Source of the DNA: an uncultured Chloroflexia bacterium
Lineage (GTDB): Bacteria > Chloroflexota > Limnocylindria > Limnocylindrales > CSP1-4
Direction of reading: 5' to 3'
NCBI GenBank assembly: GCA_963775855.1
Contig: CAVZKO010000005.1
Coordinates: 1,071,846 to 1,135,845, forward strand
DNA: 64,000 bases
In this document: one piece after another, positions 25,405 to 34,238 of the stretch
Layout of the letters: each line of letters starts with the position of its first letter
Numbering within the stretch: position 1 is the stretch's first letter
Notes under the pieces: model-generated
Database searches by the model: none
What the model was told of the DNA's origin: nothing
The model's input: only the letters and a program-made list of their open reading frames with translations
Made by a program: the position numbers and the translations under genes

Positions 25405-27003
25405 TCAGTGGCGAGCGGGATCTGGGCGGCCGACGCGTCCTTGGAGCGGCGACGGCGTGGCTTGCGATCCGCGATCGAGCCCGATCGTCGCCGCATCGAG
25501 CCCGATCATCGACGCCACGACCGGATCGGGCGCCGGCGCGTTCTTCGCGAACAGGTCGCAGAAGAGGGTGACGAGCTCAGGGTCGAACTGGGTGCCGGCG
25601 TGGCGGCGGAGCTCGATGATCGCGTTGTCATGGCTCATCGCCCGCTTGTACGGCCGGTCGTGGGTCATCGCGTCGTAGGCGTCGGCGATGGCCACGATCC
25701 GGGCACCGAGCGGGATGTCGCTCCCCCGCAGCCCGAACGGGTAGCCGTGGCCCGAGTAGCGCTCGTGGTGGTGGAGGATGATCGGCACCGCCTCCTTGAG
25801 CGCGGCCGCCTGCTCGAGGATGACCTGGCCGATCCGCGGGTGCTGGACGACCGACCGCCACTCGGCCGACGTGAGCGCCGACGGCTTGTCGAGGATGTCC
25901 TGCGGGACCGCGACCTTGCCGACGTCGTGGAGGAGCGCCGCGACTCGGATCCGGTCGACCTCGGCGGGCGGAAGGGCGAGGTTCTTGGCCATCGCCACGA
26001 CGATCGAGGCGATGAGGGCCGACGGCTGGCCGCTGTAATGCGGCAGGGGCGAGATGACCGCGGTCAGGCTGGCCGTGGCCGCGTCGCGGGCCGCCAGGCC
26101 GATCTCGACGGCACGTGCCCGGCCCGCGGCGGAGATCGGCGCACGCGGGATGCGGGCGTCCTCGTCCGGCTCGGCGAAGATGTACGTCTGGTTGCGCCCG
26201 AGCGACTTCGCCGAGTACATCGCCGCGTCGGCGTCGCGCACGAGGGTGTCGCTCGTCAGGCGCGATCCGGCCCCGCCGGCGATCCCGATCGAGATCGTGA
26301 CCGACAGCTCCGAGTTTCCGTCCACGGAGAAGCGCTCCCGGGCGACGATCGTGCGAAGCTTCTCGGTCAGGACGGCGCCCTCCTCGACGTCCGTCTCGGT
26401 GAGGATCAGCATGAATTCCTCGCCGCCGTATCGGCCGACCATGTCGGTCGCCCGGAGGTTCGCCTGGATCACCTGCGCGACGCCCCGCAGCACGACGTCG
26501 CCGGTCGCGTGGCCGTAGGTGTCGTTGACCGCCTTGAAGTGATCGATGTCGACGAACGCGACCGACAGCGGTCGCTCGTAGCGGTTTGCCCGCTCGACCT
26601 CGTTGAACAGGTCGACGAGCAGGGCGCGCCTGTTGGCGACGCCGGTCAGCTTGTCCATGGTCGCAGCGTCGGTCGTCTCGGCCAGCGCGGCGGAGATCGC
26701 GTTCACCGCCCGGGCCAGGCGGCCCTCGAGGCCGTGGCCTGTCGCAGGGGCGCGAACGGTGATGCCGAGCTCGCCCGCGGCGAGGCGTTCAGAGGCGCGG
26801 ATGATCCGCCAGAAACGGATGCGGACGTAGAGGAAGACGACGATGGCGGTCAACGACACGCCGATCGCGCCGGCGGCCACCGCAGCGACGATGGATCGAA
26901 CCCCTTCGTCCACCCAGGAATCCACGGCCGAAGGCATGCCGATCAGCACGGCAAGAAGCACGACCGGGGCAACGAGGCCCAGGCCCCCGAGCAGACGCAT
27001 CAC
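25405..27003 (-). CDS. Membrane-anchored GGDEF diguanylate cyclase fused to an HD-GYP phosphodiesterase domain (intact, 532 aa)
   Basis: Two N-terminal hydrophobic helices. GGDEF domain with active-site RYGGEEF and an RxxD I-site (RATD) 5 residues upstream. HD-GYP domain with LLHDVGK and HHHERYSGHGYP. Confidence 0.88.
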   Translation of the reverse strand: MMRLLGGLGLVAPVVLLAVLIGMPSAVDSWVDEGVRSIVAAVAAGAIGVSLTAIVVFLYVRIRFWRIIRASERLAAGELGITVRAPATGHGLEGRLARAVNAISAALAETTDAATMDKLTGVANRRALLVDLFNEVERANRYERPLSVAFVDIDHFKAVNDTYGHATGDVVLRGVAQVIQANLRATDMVGRYGGEEFMLILTETDVEEGAVLTEKLRTIVARERFSVDGNSELSVTISIGIAGGAGSRLTSDTLVRDADAAMYSAKSLGRNQTYIFAEPDEDARIPRAPISAAGRARAVEIGLAARDAATASLTAVISPLPHYSGQPSALIASIVVAMAKNLALPPAEVDRIRVAALLHDVGKVAVPQDILDKPSALTSAEWRSVVQHPRIGQVILEQAAALKEAVPIILHHHERYSGHGYPFGLRGSDIPLGARIVAIADAYDAMTHDRPYKRAMSHDNAIIELRRHAGTQFDPELVTLFCDLFAKNAPAPDPVVASMIGLDAATIGLDRGSQATPSPLQGRVGRPDPARH

Positions 27004-27233
27004 CGGTCAAGCGTAGTCGGGCGCCCGTTCGTCCCGGCCCTCCCGGAGGTACCCGCTGCCGTCGGCGGAAGTACCGTCCGCCCGATGCGGATTACGGAAT
27101 TCTACCTAGTTGCTCAGGTGCCCTCCGAGGACGCACAATGCCCTAGCCCGCCGGGGATCGTCTGGCATATATCTCGTGGGTCTGGTGAGGAGTCACTCGA
27201 GCCTCCTACCGTCCGCCGGGCTCAGCAGCACTC

Positions 27234-27270
27234 ATTGAGCCGCGTCCCGTTTTCTGGGACGCGGCTCAAT
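27234..27270. repeat. Perfect 15-bp inverted repeat with 7-nt loop
   Basis: ATTGAGCCGCGTCCC-GTTTTCT-GGGACGCGGCTCAAT read directly. No flanking U-run on either strand. Confidence 0.9.
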
Positions 27271-27272
27271 CG

Positions 27273-27494
27273 TTTCCGGCGCAGCACGCCGCGCGGCCGC
27301 CTGGTCCGCCAGCGGGACCAACGGGCGGAGGAGGCTCCCTGGAGCGGCCCTTTCCGATGCGTCGCCTGCTCCTTGGTCCTCCAGCCGGACCAAGGGGCGG
27401 AGGAAACGCGTTCGAGCCGCGGTTTCCGATGTGTCGCCCGCTCGTTGGTCCGCGAGCCGGACCGGCGGCGCAAAGGGCGAAACCACCCGCGCGA
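27273..27494. repeat. Imperfect tandem repeat, three copies (78 + 72 + 72 bp), each with a TGGTCC-N7-GGACCA-type palindrome
   Basis: TTTCCG begins at 27273, 27351 and 27423. TGGTCC begins at 27302, 27374 and 27446, exactly 72 bp apart. Dyads are TGGTCC/GGACCA, CCTTGGTCC/GGACCAAGG and GGTCC/GGACC. The first 41 nt of copies 2 and 3 differ at 5 positions. A weaker fourth unit may extend to about 27560. Confidence 0.85.
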
Positions 27495-27780
27495 TCTCGT
27501 GGCCCGAGAATCCGTGGTAAACCGCCGAGTGAGTCGCCGTGCAGGGCCTCCTGCTAGCGTCTGCGGTGCCCGCCAGGCTCCAGCCGGCCTCGCCGACCGC
27601 CGTACCGACGGATTGCAGACCACCGCAGGTCCGCCGACCCGCCCGGGCAGCCCGCCGCCGGGGCCGGCAACCCTACGCCTGCCCGCCGCATACCGCCCCA
27701 GCCCCGCCGCGTCGATCCCGCCGGACCACGCAGGGTCGGCCCGATTTCCCGTCGGCCGGCCGAGAAGGAGAACACGGACC

Positions 27781-28245
27781 GTGAACAAGGTCCTCTTGAC
27801 CGGTCGCCTCACCCGCGACCCGGAGATGCGAAGCCTGTCGAGCGGCAAGACCGTCACGCAGTTCAGCATCGCCACCAACGAGTACATCGGCCAGGGCAAG
27901 GAAAAGGCCGAGTACCACAACATCGTGACGTGGGACCGGCTCGCCCAGACCTGTGGCGAGTTCCTCGGCAAGGGCCAGCAGGTTGCGATCGAGGGCCGGC
28001 TCCAGACCCGGAGCTGGGACGACGATCGCGGCGTTCGCCACTGGAAGACGGAGGTCGTCGCCAACCACGTCGAGATGCTGTCCGGACGGCGGAAGAAGGA
28101 CTACGCGGCCGAGTCGGCGGCGAATGCCCTAGCAAGCCAGGCGGCGGCATACGGCGACGGCGACGACGAGGACGCCGCCGTCGCGGCCGCCGGCGAGCCG
28201 CTGACCGCGGACGAGTCGGAGGAGGCGGAGACCGTAGCCGCCTGA
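27781..28245 (+). CDS. ssb: Single-stranded DNA-binding protein (154 aa)
   Basis: GTG start 8 nt after GAAGGAGA. OB-fold N-terminus VNKVLLTGRLTRDPEMR ... YHNIVTWDRLAQ ... VAIEGRLQTRSWDD, and an acidic Gly/Asp-rich tail. Confidence 0.9.
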   Translation: MNKVLLTGRLTRDPEMRSLSSGKTVTQFSIATNEYIGQGKEKAEYHNIVTWDRLAQTCGEFLGKGQQVAIEGRLQTRSWDDDRGVRHWKTEVVANHVEMLSGRRKKDYAAESAANALASQAAAYGDGDDEDAAVAAAGEPLTADESEEAETVAA

Positions 28246-28273
28246 CCCGCCGCGAAGTCGACTCTCGTCGTTC

Positions 28274-28311
28274 CGGGCCGGCGGCGGTTCTCCCTCCCCG
28301 CCGCCGGCCCG
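28274..28311. terminator. Strong GC hairpin between convergent ssb and the antiporter gene (bidirectional terminator candidate)
   Basis: CGGGCCGGCGGCGG-TTCTCCCTCC-CCGCCGCCGGCCCG, a 14-bp stem located between the two stop codons. Confidence 0.6.
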
Positions 28312-28312
28312 C

Positions 28313-29446
28313 TCAGACGTGCGGGCCGACGAACACGAAGAACGACACCGCCAGGATGATGTAGACGAGCATCAGCAGGGCGCCCTCGAGCCAGTTCGAC
28401 TCGCCGTCGAACGCGATGAGCGCGCTGATCCCGACGGCGACGCCGACCGCCGCCACCTCGAGCGGCTCGAAGACGAGGTCCATCGGCTGGCCGAGGACGA
28501 GCCCGAGCAGGACGAGGACCGGGCCGACGAACAGCGCGACCTGGAGGCTCGATCCGAAGCTCACCGCCATCGCGAACTCCATCTTGTTCTTGAAGGCGAG
28601 CTGGACGGCGACGAGGTGCTCGGCGAGGTTGCCGATCGTCGGGATGAGGATCACGCCGACGAAGAACTCCGACAGCCCGAACCGCTCGATGAACGGCTCG
28701 ATCGCCCCGACGAGGATCTCCGACAGGACGGCGAGCAGGACGGCCGCCGTGAGCAGCACGAAGACCGCGGTTCGGCCGGTCCACGCCGGCCCGCCGTGGC
28801 CCTCCGCCGGTCCGTGGCCGCCGAGCGTCTCGGCCGGGTTCGTGAACTGGAAGACGAGCGACAGGACGTAGCCCGCCATCAGCAGGAGCGCCACGAGGAC
28901 CGACTCCTCGACGAGGTTGCCCTCCGTCGGGATGGCCGTCGAGGCCGCGAACACCGCCGGGATGAACAGCCCGATCGCGGCGAGCACGAGGAGGGCGGCG
29001 TTCGAGCCGGCGACCTGCTGGCTGAATCGCTGCGTCCCGTTCTTCAGCCCGCCGAGCAGCACGCTCGCCCCGAGGACGAGCAGCAGGTTGCCGATGATCG
29101 AGCCCGTGATCGACGCCTTGACGACCTCGATCAGCCCGGCCTGCAGGGCGAAGAAGGCGATGATCAGCTCGGCGATGTTGCCGAACGTCGCGTTGAGGAT
29201 GCCGCCGACCTGCGGTCCGCTGATCGCCCCGAGTCGCTCGGTCGACAGGCCGACGACCCAGGCCAGGCCGAGGATTGCCGCCGCGGAGGCGATGAAGAGG
29301 ATCGTCGGGTCGGCGTGGAGGATGAAATCGAGGACGATCGCCACGACCGCGAGCACCAGCGTCGCGACGAGGAAGATGCGCGTTGTCGGCCCGAGCGGCC
29401 CCAGGATCGGGATGCCGCCGGGAGCCGGCGCGTGGGCAGCCGTCAT
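28313..29446 (-). CDS. Ca2+/H+ antiporter (CaCA/ChaA-CAX family), intact 377 aa
   Basis: Polytopic membrane protein with the two alpha-repeat signatures [13 protein letters not shown] and [13 protein letters not shown]. It is the 3' part of the artefactual 1096-aa track ORF. Confidence 0.85.
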   Translation of the reverse strand: MTAAHAPAPGGIPILGPLGPTTRIFLVATLVLAVVAIVLDFILHADPTILFIASAAAILGLAWVVGLSTERLGAISGPQVGGILNATFGNIAELIIAFFALQAGLIEVVKASITGSIIGNLLLVLGASVLLGGLKNGTQRFSQQVAGSNAALLVLAAIGLFIPAVFAASTAIPTEGNLVEESVLVALLLMAGYVLSLVFQFTNPAETLGGHGPAEGHGGPAWTGRTAVFVLLTAAVLLAVLSEILVGAIEPFIERFGLSEFFVGVILIPTIGNLAEHLVAVQLAFKNKMEFAMAVSFGSSLQVALFVGPVLVLLGLVLGQPMDLVFEPLEVAAVGVAVGISALIAFDGESNWLEGALLMLVYIILAVSFFVFVGPHV

Positions 29447-29456
29447 CGCCGAAATC

Positions 29457-30334
29457 CTAGCGATCCTCGGGTGCGCCGTAGAGCCGGCGGCGCGGGATGC
29501 CGGTCGCGGCCGCAACCCGCCGGGCTGCGTCGCCGCGGGACGTGCCGGCAGCAACGAGTCGCTCGACATCGGCGCGAGCTGCGCTGAGCGCCGCGTCGGC
29601 GGCCGCCTCCGTCGCTGCGCTGACTGGAATGCCACCGGGTTGCTCCCCGACGACGATCGCGAACTCGCCCCGGAGCGTGAGCTCGCCCGTCGGCCGCCCG
29701 CTCGCGCGAGCTCGCCGATCGGCGCCCGGACGATCTCCTCGTGGAGCTTCGTCAGCTCCCGACAGACCGCCGCCGGCCGGTCCGGGCCGCACGCCGCGGC
29801 GAGGTCGCGCAGCGTGGCGACGACCCGGCTCGGCGCCTCGTAAACGACGGTGCCGCGCTCGTCGGCAGCGATCCGCGCGATTCGCTCCCGGCGCTCCCTG
29901 CCGCTCCGCGGCAGGAACCCCTCGAACGACCAGCGCGGTCCGGCAATCCCGCTCGCCCCGACGGCCGCGAGCACCGCGGATGCGCCGGGGATCGGAACGA
30001 CCGTGCCGCCCTCGGCCGCCCATGCGGCGACGAGCTCACCGCCGGGATCGCTGACGCCCGGGGTCCCGGCATCGGTCACCAGCGCGAGGTCCTCGCCGCG
30101 GCGGAGGTGCTCGAGGAGCTCCGTCGTCCGGCCCGGCCCGCTCCGCGCGTGATAGCTGATCGTCCGCGTCTCGATGGCGTGCCGATCGAGCAGGCGCCGC
30201 GTGATGCGGGTGTCCTCGGCGGCGATCAGCGGGACTGCCCGAAGCACCTCGAGTGCCCGCAACGTGACGTCGCCGAGGTTCCCGATCGGGGTCGCGACGA
30301 CGAACAGCCGGCCGCCCGACGACCGGCCGGTCAC
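29457..30334 (-). CDS. rsmI: 16S rRNA (cytidine1402-2'-O)-methyltransferase RsmI (one frame break near 29700)
   Basis: [64 protein letters not shown]. The GTG at 30334 overlaps the nadE stop (GTGA). Confidence 0.87.
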
Positions 30335-32178
30335 CCCCGCGCGGAACCCGGCCGGCGTCGCGGATAGAGGTAGTCGACGCCCGCCGTCCGCGGCCCGAGC
30401 TTCGCGATCGGGGGGACCTGGCGCTTGAACTCGGACGTCGCGACCATCCGGTCGACCCGCTCGACCAGCGCCCGGTCGAACCCCATCTCGACCAACTCGT
30501 CGATCGAGCGCCGCTTGTCGATCCGCCAGAAGAGCAATCGATCGAGGACCGGGTAGCTGAAGCCCGCCTCGGATCTCGTCGGTCTGGCCCGGCCAGAGAT
30601 CGGCCGACGGCGCCTTCGTGATGATCTGCTCCGGGACGCCCATCGCGGCGGCGATCTGGCGGACCTGGCTCTTGTACAGGTCGCCGATCGGGTTGAATGC
30701 GCAGGCGCTGTCGCCGAACAGCGTCGTGTAGCCGATCAGCGACTCCGTCTTGTTGCCGGTCCCGACCACGAGCCCGCCCCACGTTACCGACCGGTCGTAC
30801 AGGACCGCCATCCGCTGGCGGGCCATGAAGTTGCCGCGCCGGACCGGCGTCGCATCCGGATCGTCGGCGAAGAAGGCGTCGACCATCGGGCTGATGTCGA
30901 CGACCTCGCTGGCGGTGCCGAGGCGTCCGACGACCTCTTCCGCGTCGGCGCGCGACGCGGGCGACGACGTCCGGTACGGCATGAGGACGCAGAGCAGCTT
31001 TTCGGCACCGATCGCCTCTGCGGTCAGGTAGGCGACGAGCGCCGAATCGATCCCGCCAGAGAGGCCGAGAACCGCCTTGTCGAAGCCCGCCTGGCGAAGC
31101 TGGCCGCGGATGAACTGGCCGATGACGCGACGGGCGACATCGGTGTCGATGGCGAGCTCGGCCGGCAGCTCGAACAGACCGCCCGTGTCCGTGACGGCAG
31201 GCACGGCGGTCACCGGCGGGCGCCCGGCTGGAACCCGATCGGGCGTTCGATCGGTTCGCCCGGGGCGACGTCGAGGCCCGGCTCGGCCCCATCCTCGGCG
31301 GTCGTGTCGGGGTGCAGGCCGGCGCGCTCGGCGACGATCCGCGACATCTCGCGGACGGCGAGCTCCGGCCGCTCGTCGCGAAGCAGCGGCAGCGCGACCC
31401 GTTCGCGTCGGACGTCCGCCAGCGAGACGTCGACCGTGAACAGGCCCTCCTCGAAGAACGGCGCGGAGAAGAGCGGCTCGCCGGTCGGGGCGATGACCTC
31501 CGAGCCGCCCCAGAACGAGATCGATTCGTCGATCCCGACGCGGTTGCAGAAGACCACGAAGGACGTCGTGAGCTGGGCGTAGGTCCGCATGATCGTTCGC
31601 CACGACGTCGCGGTCCCGAGGCCGACCTCGTTCGTCGCCGCCAGGTCGCGGCCGGGCGACGACGAGACGTTGATCAGCATCTGGGCGCCGTCCAGGGCGA
31701 GGAGCTGGGGAACGGACAGGTGCCAGAAGTCTTCGCAGACCGCAAGTCCGACACCGACCCCGAGCCGCGACGGCGTCGCCCGCAGGAGATCCCCCGCGGC
31801 GAAGAATCGGCGCTCGTCGAACAGGCCGTAGGTCGGCAGGAACAGCTTCCGGTGGACGTGGCGGATGCGGCCGTCCTCGAGCAGCGCCGCGGCGATGAAC
31901 AGCCGATGGTCGCCGGACTCCTCGACGAACGAGACCACGACCGACAGGCCGTCAGTCTCGGCCGCGAGCGTCGCGAGGCGAGGGTCGTCGAGGCGGATCG
32001 CGACCTCCGAGGCGAGGTCCTGGAGCAGGTAGCCGGTGAGCCCAAGCTCCGGGAAGACGACGAGCCCGGCCCCCTTCGATCGGGCCTCGCCGATCAGCTC
32101 GTGATGGAGGGCGAGGTTCTCATCGAACATCCCGAGCCGGGGGGCGATCTGGGCGAGGGCGATGCGGAGCTGCGTCAC
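30331..32178 (-). CDS. nadE: Glutamine-dependent NAD+ synthetase (CN-hydrolase + NAD synthase domains; 2 frame breaks; start uncertain, 32178 or 32244)
   Basis: N-terminal nitrilase-like domain ([30 protein letters not shown]). C-terminal domain with the ATP pyrophosphatase P-loop [16 protein letters not shown], then [18 protein letters not shown]. Frame changes near 31215 and 30560. Confidence 0.87.
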
Positions 32179-32418
32179 GCACGGAGGATAGCGGTTCGCA
32201 GCGCGTAGCCGGCCGCATAGACCCGTGCACGCGGCCTCGCACACGGTGAACCCGGAGCCCGTTTGAGCCGTACCTTCATGGGTGACGACGCGCGCTCGGC
32301 GGTGCTAGGCTTCCGCGCACGCGACCTGCGGCCTGCGGGCCGATTACGCGCGCAACGGCCGCTCCGCCCGGATCGGATCGACGAGCCCGGGGGAGCCGTT
32401 TGGAGGAGGAGACACCGC

Positions 32419-34149
32419 ATGTCCCGATCACCGAGGTGGTCACCGCTGCTCGCGTTGTCCGCGACAGCTGTGCTCATCTTCGCTGCCTGCGGCGCCGCCG
32501 CATCGCCGAGCCCGGCTACGGCGCCGAGCCAGGGTGCCAGCCAGCCGGCGGCGAGCGTCCCGGCGTTCGATCAAGTGAGTTATCCCGAGGACGGTAGTTC
32601 CGCCTGCGGGACGGAGGGCTACAAAGGTCAGATCGGCTCGATCAAGGCCGTCGATGCGAAGACCGTCGAGTTTGCGCTGTGCGCCCCGGACGCGGCTTTC
32701 CTGTCGAAGATCGCGTTCACATCGGTGGCAATCCAGGACGCCGACTACCTCCAGGAGACCGGTGGCGGCGGCGAGGCCCTGTTCCGAAATCCTGTTGGGA
32801 CGGGCCCGTACAAGCTAAAGGCTTGGACCTCGGGTTCGGACATCTCGCTCGAGACATTCGCGGACTACTGGGGCGACCCACCGAAGACCCCGAACGCGGT
32901 CATCCGCTGGAGCACGGAGGCAGCTCAACGCCTCGTCGAGCTGACGTCGGGCAACGTCGACGGGATCGACAACCCAGGCGCCGACGACTTCGACGCAATC
33001 GGAGCGAACCCGGACCTCAAGCTGTTCCCGCGGACCGCGCTGAACGTCATGTACCTCGGGATGAACAACACCAAGAAATACTGGGACAACGACAAGGTCC
33101 GCCAGGCGATCGCCATGGGCATCGACCGGCAGCGAATCGTTGACACGTTCTACCCGCCCGGATCCTCGGTCGCCACGCACTTCACGCCGTGCGATATCCC
33201 CTTCGGCTGCACCGGCGAGGAGTGGTACAAGTTCGACCCGGCGGCGGCCAAGGCGCTGCTGGCCGAGGCCGGCTACCCGGACGGCTTCACGACGAAGATC
33301 CATCTGCGGGCCCTGCCGCGGAGCTACATCGCCACCCCGGTCGACGTCGCGACAGACGTCCAGGATCAGCTGAAGAAAAACCTCAACATCACCGCCGAGA
33401 TCGACGTCCAGGACGACACGACCTATCTGGCGACGGCGAGCCGGGGCGAGCTCGATGGGATCTACATCCTGGGCTGGGGCGCGGACTATCCGGATGTCAC
33501 CAACTTCCTCGATGTCTTCTTCGGCGTCGGTGCCGACGAGGGCTTCGGGAAGAAGTGGGACGACATCACCGCCCCGCTGACGGAGGGTGGTCAGTCGGCC
33601 GACAAGGCCGTCCGTGAGGCTGCCTACACCACGGCCAACGACCTGATCAAACAGCATGTCCCGATGGTCCCGATCTCGCACGGCGGTTCGGCCACGGTGT
33701 TCAAGGCCGATGTCGAGGGAGCGCATTCGTCGCCGCTGGGCAACGAGGGCCTCTTCGCGATGAAGGCCGGCGACCGCGATCAGATCGTCTGGCTGCAGGG
33801 CGGTGAGCCCGGTGGCCTCTATTGCGCCGACGAGACCGATGGCGAGGCCCTGCGTGTCTGCGAGCAGATCATGGAGCCGCTGTACTCGTACGAGATCGGT
33901 GGTACGGAGCCCCTGCCAAGTCTGGCCGAGTCGTGCGAACCCAACGCGGACTCCAGCCTGTGGACCTGCACCCTTCGCGAGGGCGTCAAGTTCCACAACG
34001 GCGCAACCCTCGACTCGCTCGACGTCCTGACGACCTTCGCGGTCCAGTGGGATGCCGAGCACCCGCTCCATGTCGGACGGGAAGGCCTGTTCGAGTATTG
34101 GGGCTATCTGTTCGCGGGTAACCTGAACCCGCCGCCGCCCACGCCCTGA
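32419..34149 (+). CDS. ABC transporter substrate-binding lipoprotein, family 5 (peptide/nickel type)
   Basis: ATG 8 nt after GGAGGAGGAG. Signal peptide with lipobox LIFAAC. Family-5-like stretches FRNPVGTGPYKLKAW, VMYLGMN, VRQAIAMGIDRQ. The track ORF starts further upstream at 32263. Confidence 0.85.
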   Translation: MSRSPRWSPLLALSATAVLIFAACGAAASPSPATAPSQGASQPAASVPAFDQVSYPEDGSSACGTEGYKGQIGSIKAVDAKTVEFALCAPDAAFLSKIAFTSVAIQDADYLQETGGGGEALFRNPVGTGPYKLKAWTSGSDISLETFADYWGDPPKTPNAVIRWSTEAAQRLVELTSGNVDGIDNPGADDFDAIGANPDLKLFPRTALNVMYLGMNNTKKYWDNDKVRQAIAMGIDRQRIVDTFYPPGSSVATHFTPCDIPFGCTGEEWYKFDPAAAKALLAEAGYPDGFTTKIHLRALPRSYIATPVDVATDVQDQLKKNLNITAEIDVQDDTTYLATASRGELDGIYILGWGADYPDVTNFLDVFFGVGADEGFGKKWDDITAPLTEGGQSADKAVREAAYTTANDLIKQHVPMVPISHGGSATVFKADVEGAHSSPLGNEGLFAMKAGDRDQIVWLQGGEPGGLYCADETDGEALRVCEQIMEPLYSYEIGGTEPLPSLAESCEPNADSSLWTCTLREGVKFHNGATLDSLDVLTTFAVQWDAEHPLHVGREGLFEYWGYLFAGNLNPPPPTP

Positions 34150-34168
34150 CCCCACCCAACATCGATTG

Positions 34169-34201
34169 ACGATGGGGCGCCACGCCGTGGCGTCCCATCG
34201 T
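34169..34201 (+). other. Intercistronic stem-loop after the binding-protein gene
   Basis: ACGATGGGGCGCCAC-GCC-GTGGCGTCCCATCGT: 15-bp stem with one G-T pair and no U-run. It sits between the SBP and the first permease gene. Confidence 0.6.
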
Positions 34202-34238
34202 TCGCTACCCGGACGAGGAAGCGTTTCTCGATGATCCG

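Noticed and set aside
27367-27438. tRNA-like elements in repeat unit 2: a 9-bp stem with a 7-nt loop, and a CGCG-TTCGAGC-CGCG arm resembling a T-arm.
   Set aside because: The 7-nt loop TCCAGCC lacks the U33 and purine-37 pattern on either strand. No D-arm or acceptor stem can be drawn, and the spacing does not fit a cloverleaf.
27470-27484. GCAAAGGGCGAAACC resembles the GCACAGGGCAAACC segment of class I c-di-GMP riboswitches, next to a c-di-GMP enzyme gene.
   Set aside because: It is on the plus strand, pointing away from the GGDEF/HD-GYP gene. I did not find the second conserved ACGCAAAGC segment or the GNRA tetraloop helix. A covariance-model scan would settle it.
27273-27494. CRISPR-like reading of the 72-bp periodicity (about 41-nt conserved block plus about 31-nt variable block).
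   Set aside because: There are only three units. The supposed spacers share their first ~13 nt with each other, and the first unit is 78 bp. No cas genes lie in the window. It behaves as a diverging tandem duplication.
27357-27557. 66-aa plus-strand ORF inside the tandem repeat, with internally repeated peptide (MRRLLLGPPAGPRGGG... / MCRPLVGPRAGPAAQ...) and GGAGGA upstream of each ATG.
   Set aside because: The composition is Pro/Gly/Arg low complexity, created by translating the DNA repeat. GGAGGA-to-ATG spacing is about 25 nt, too far for a ribosome-binding site.
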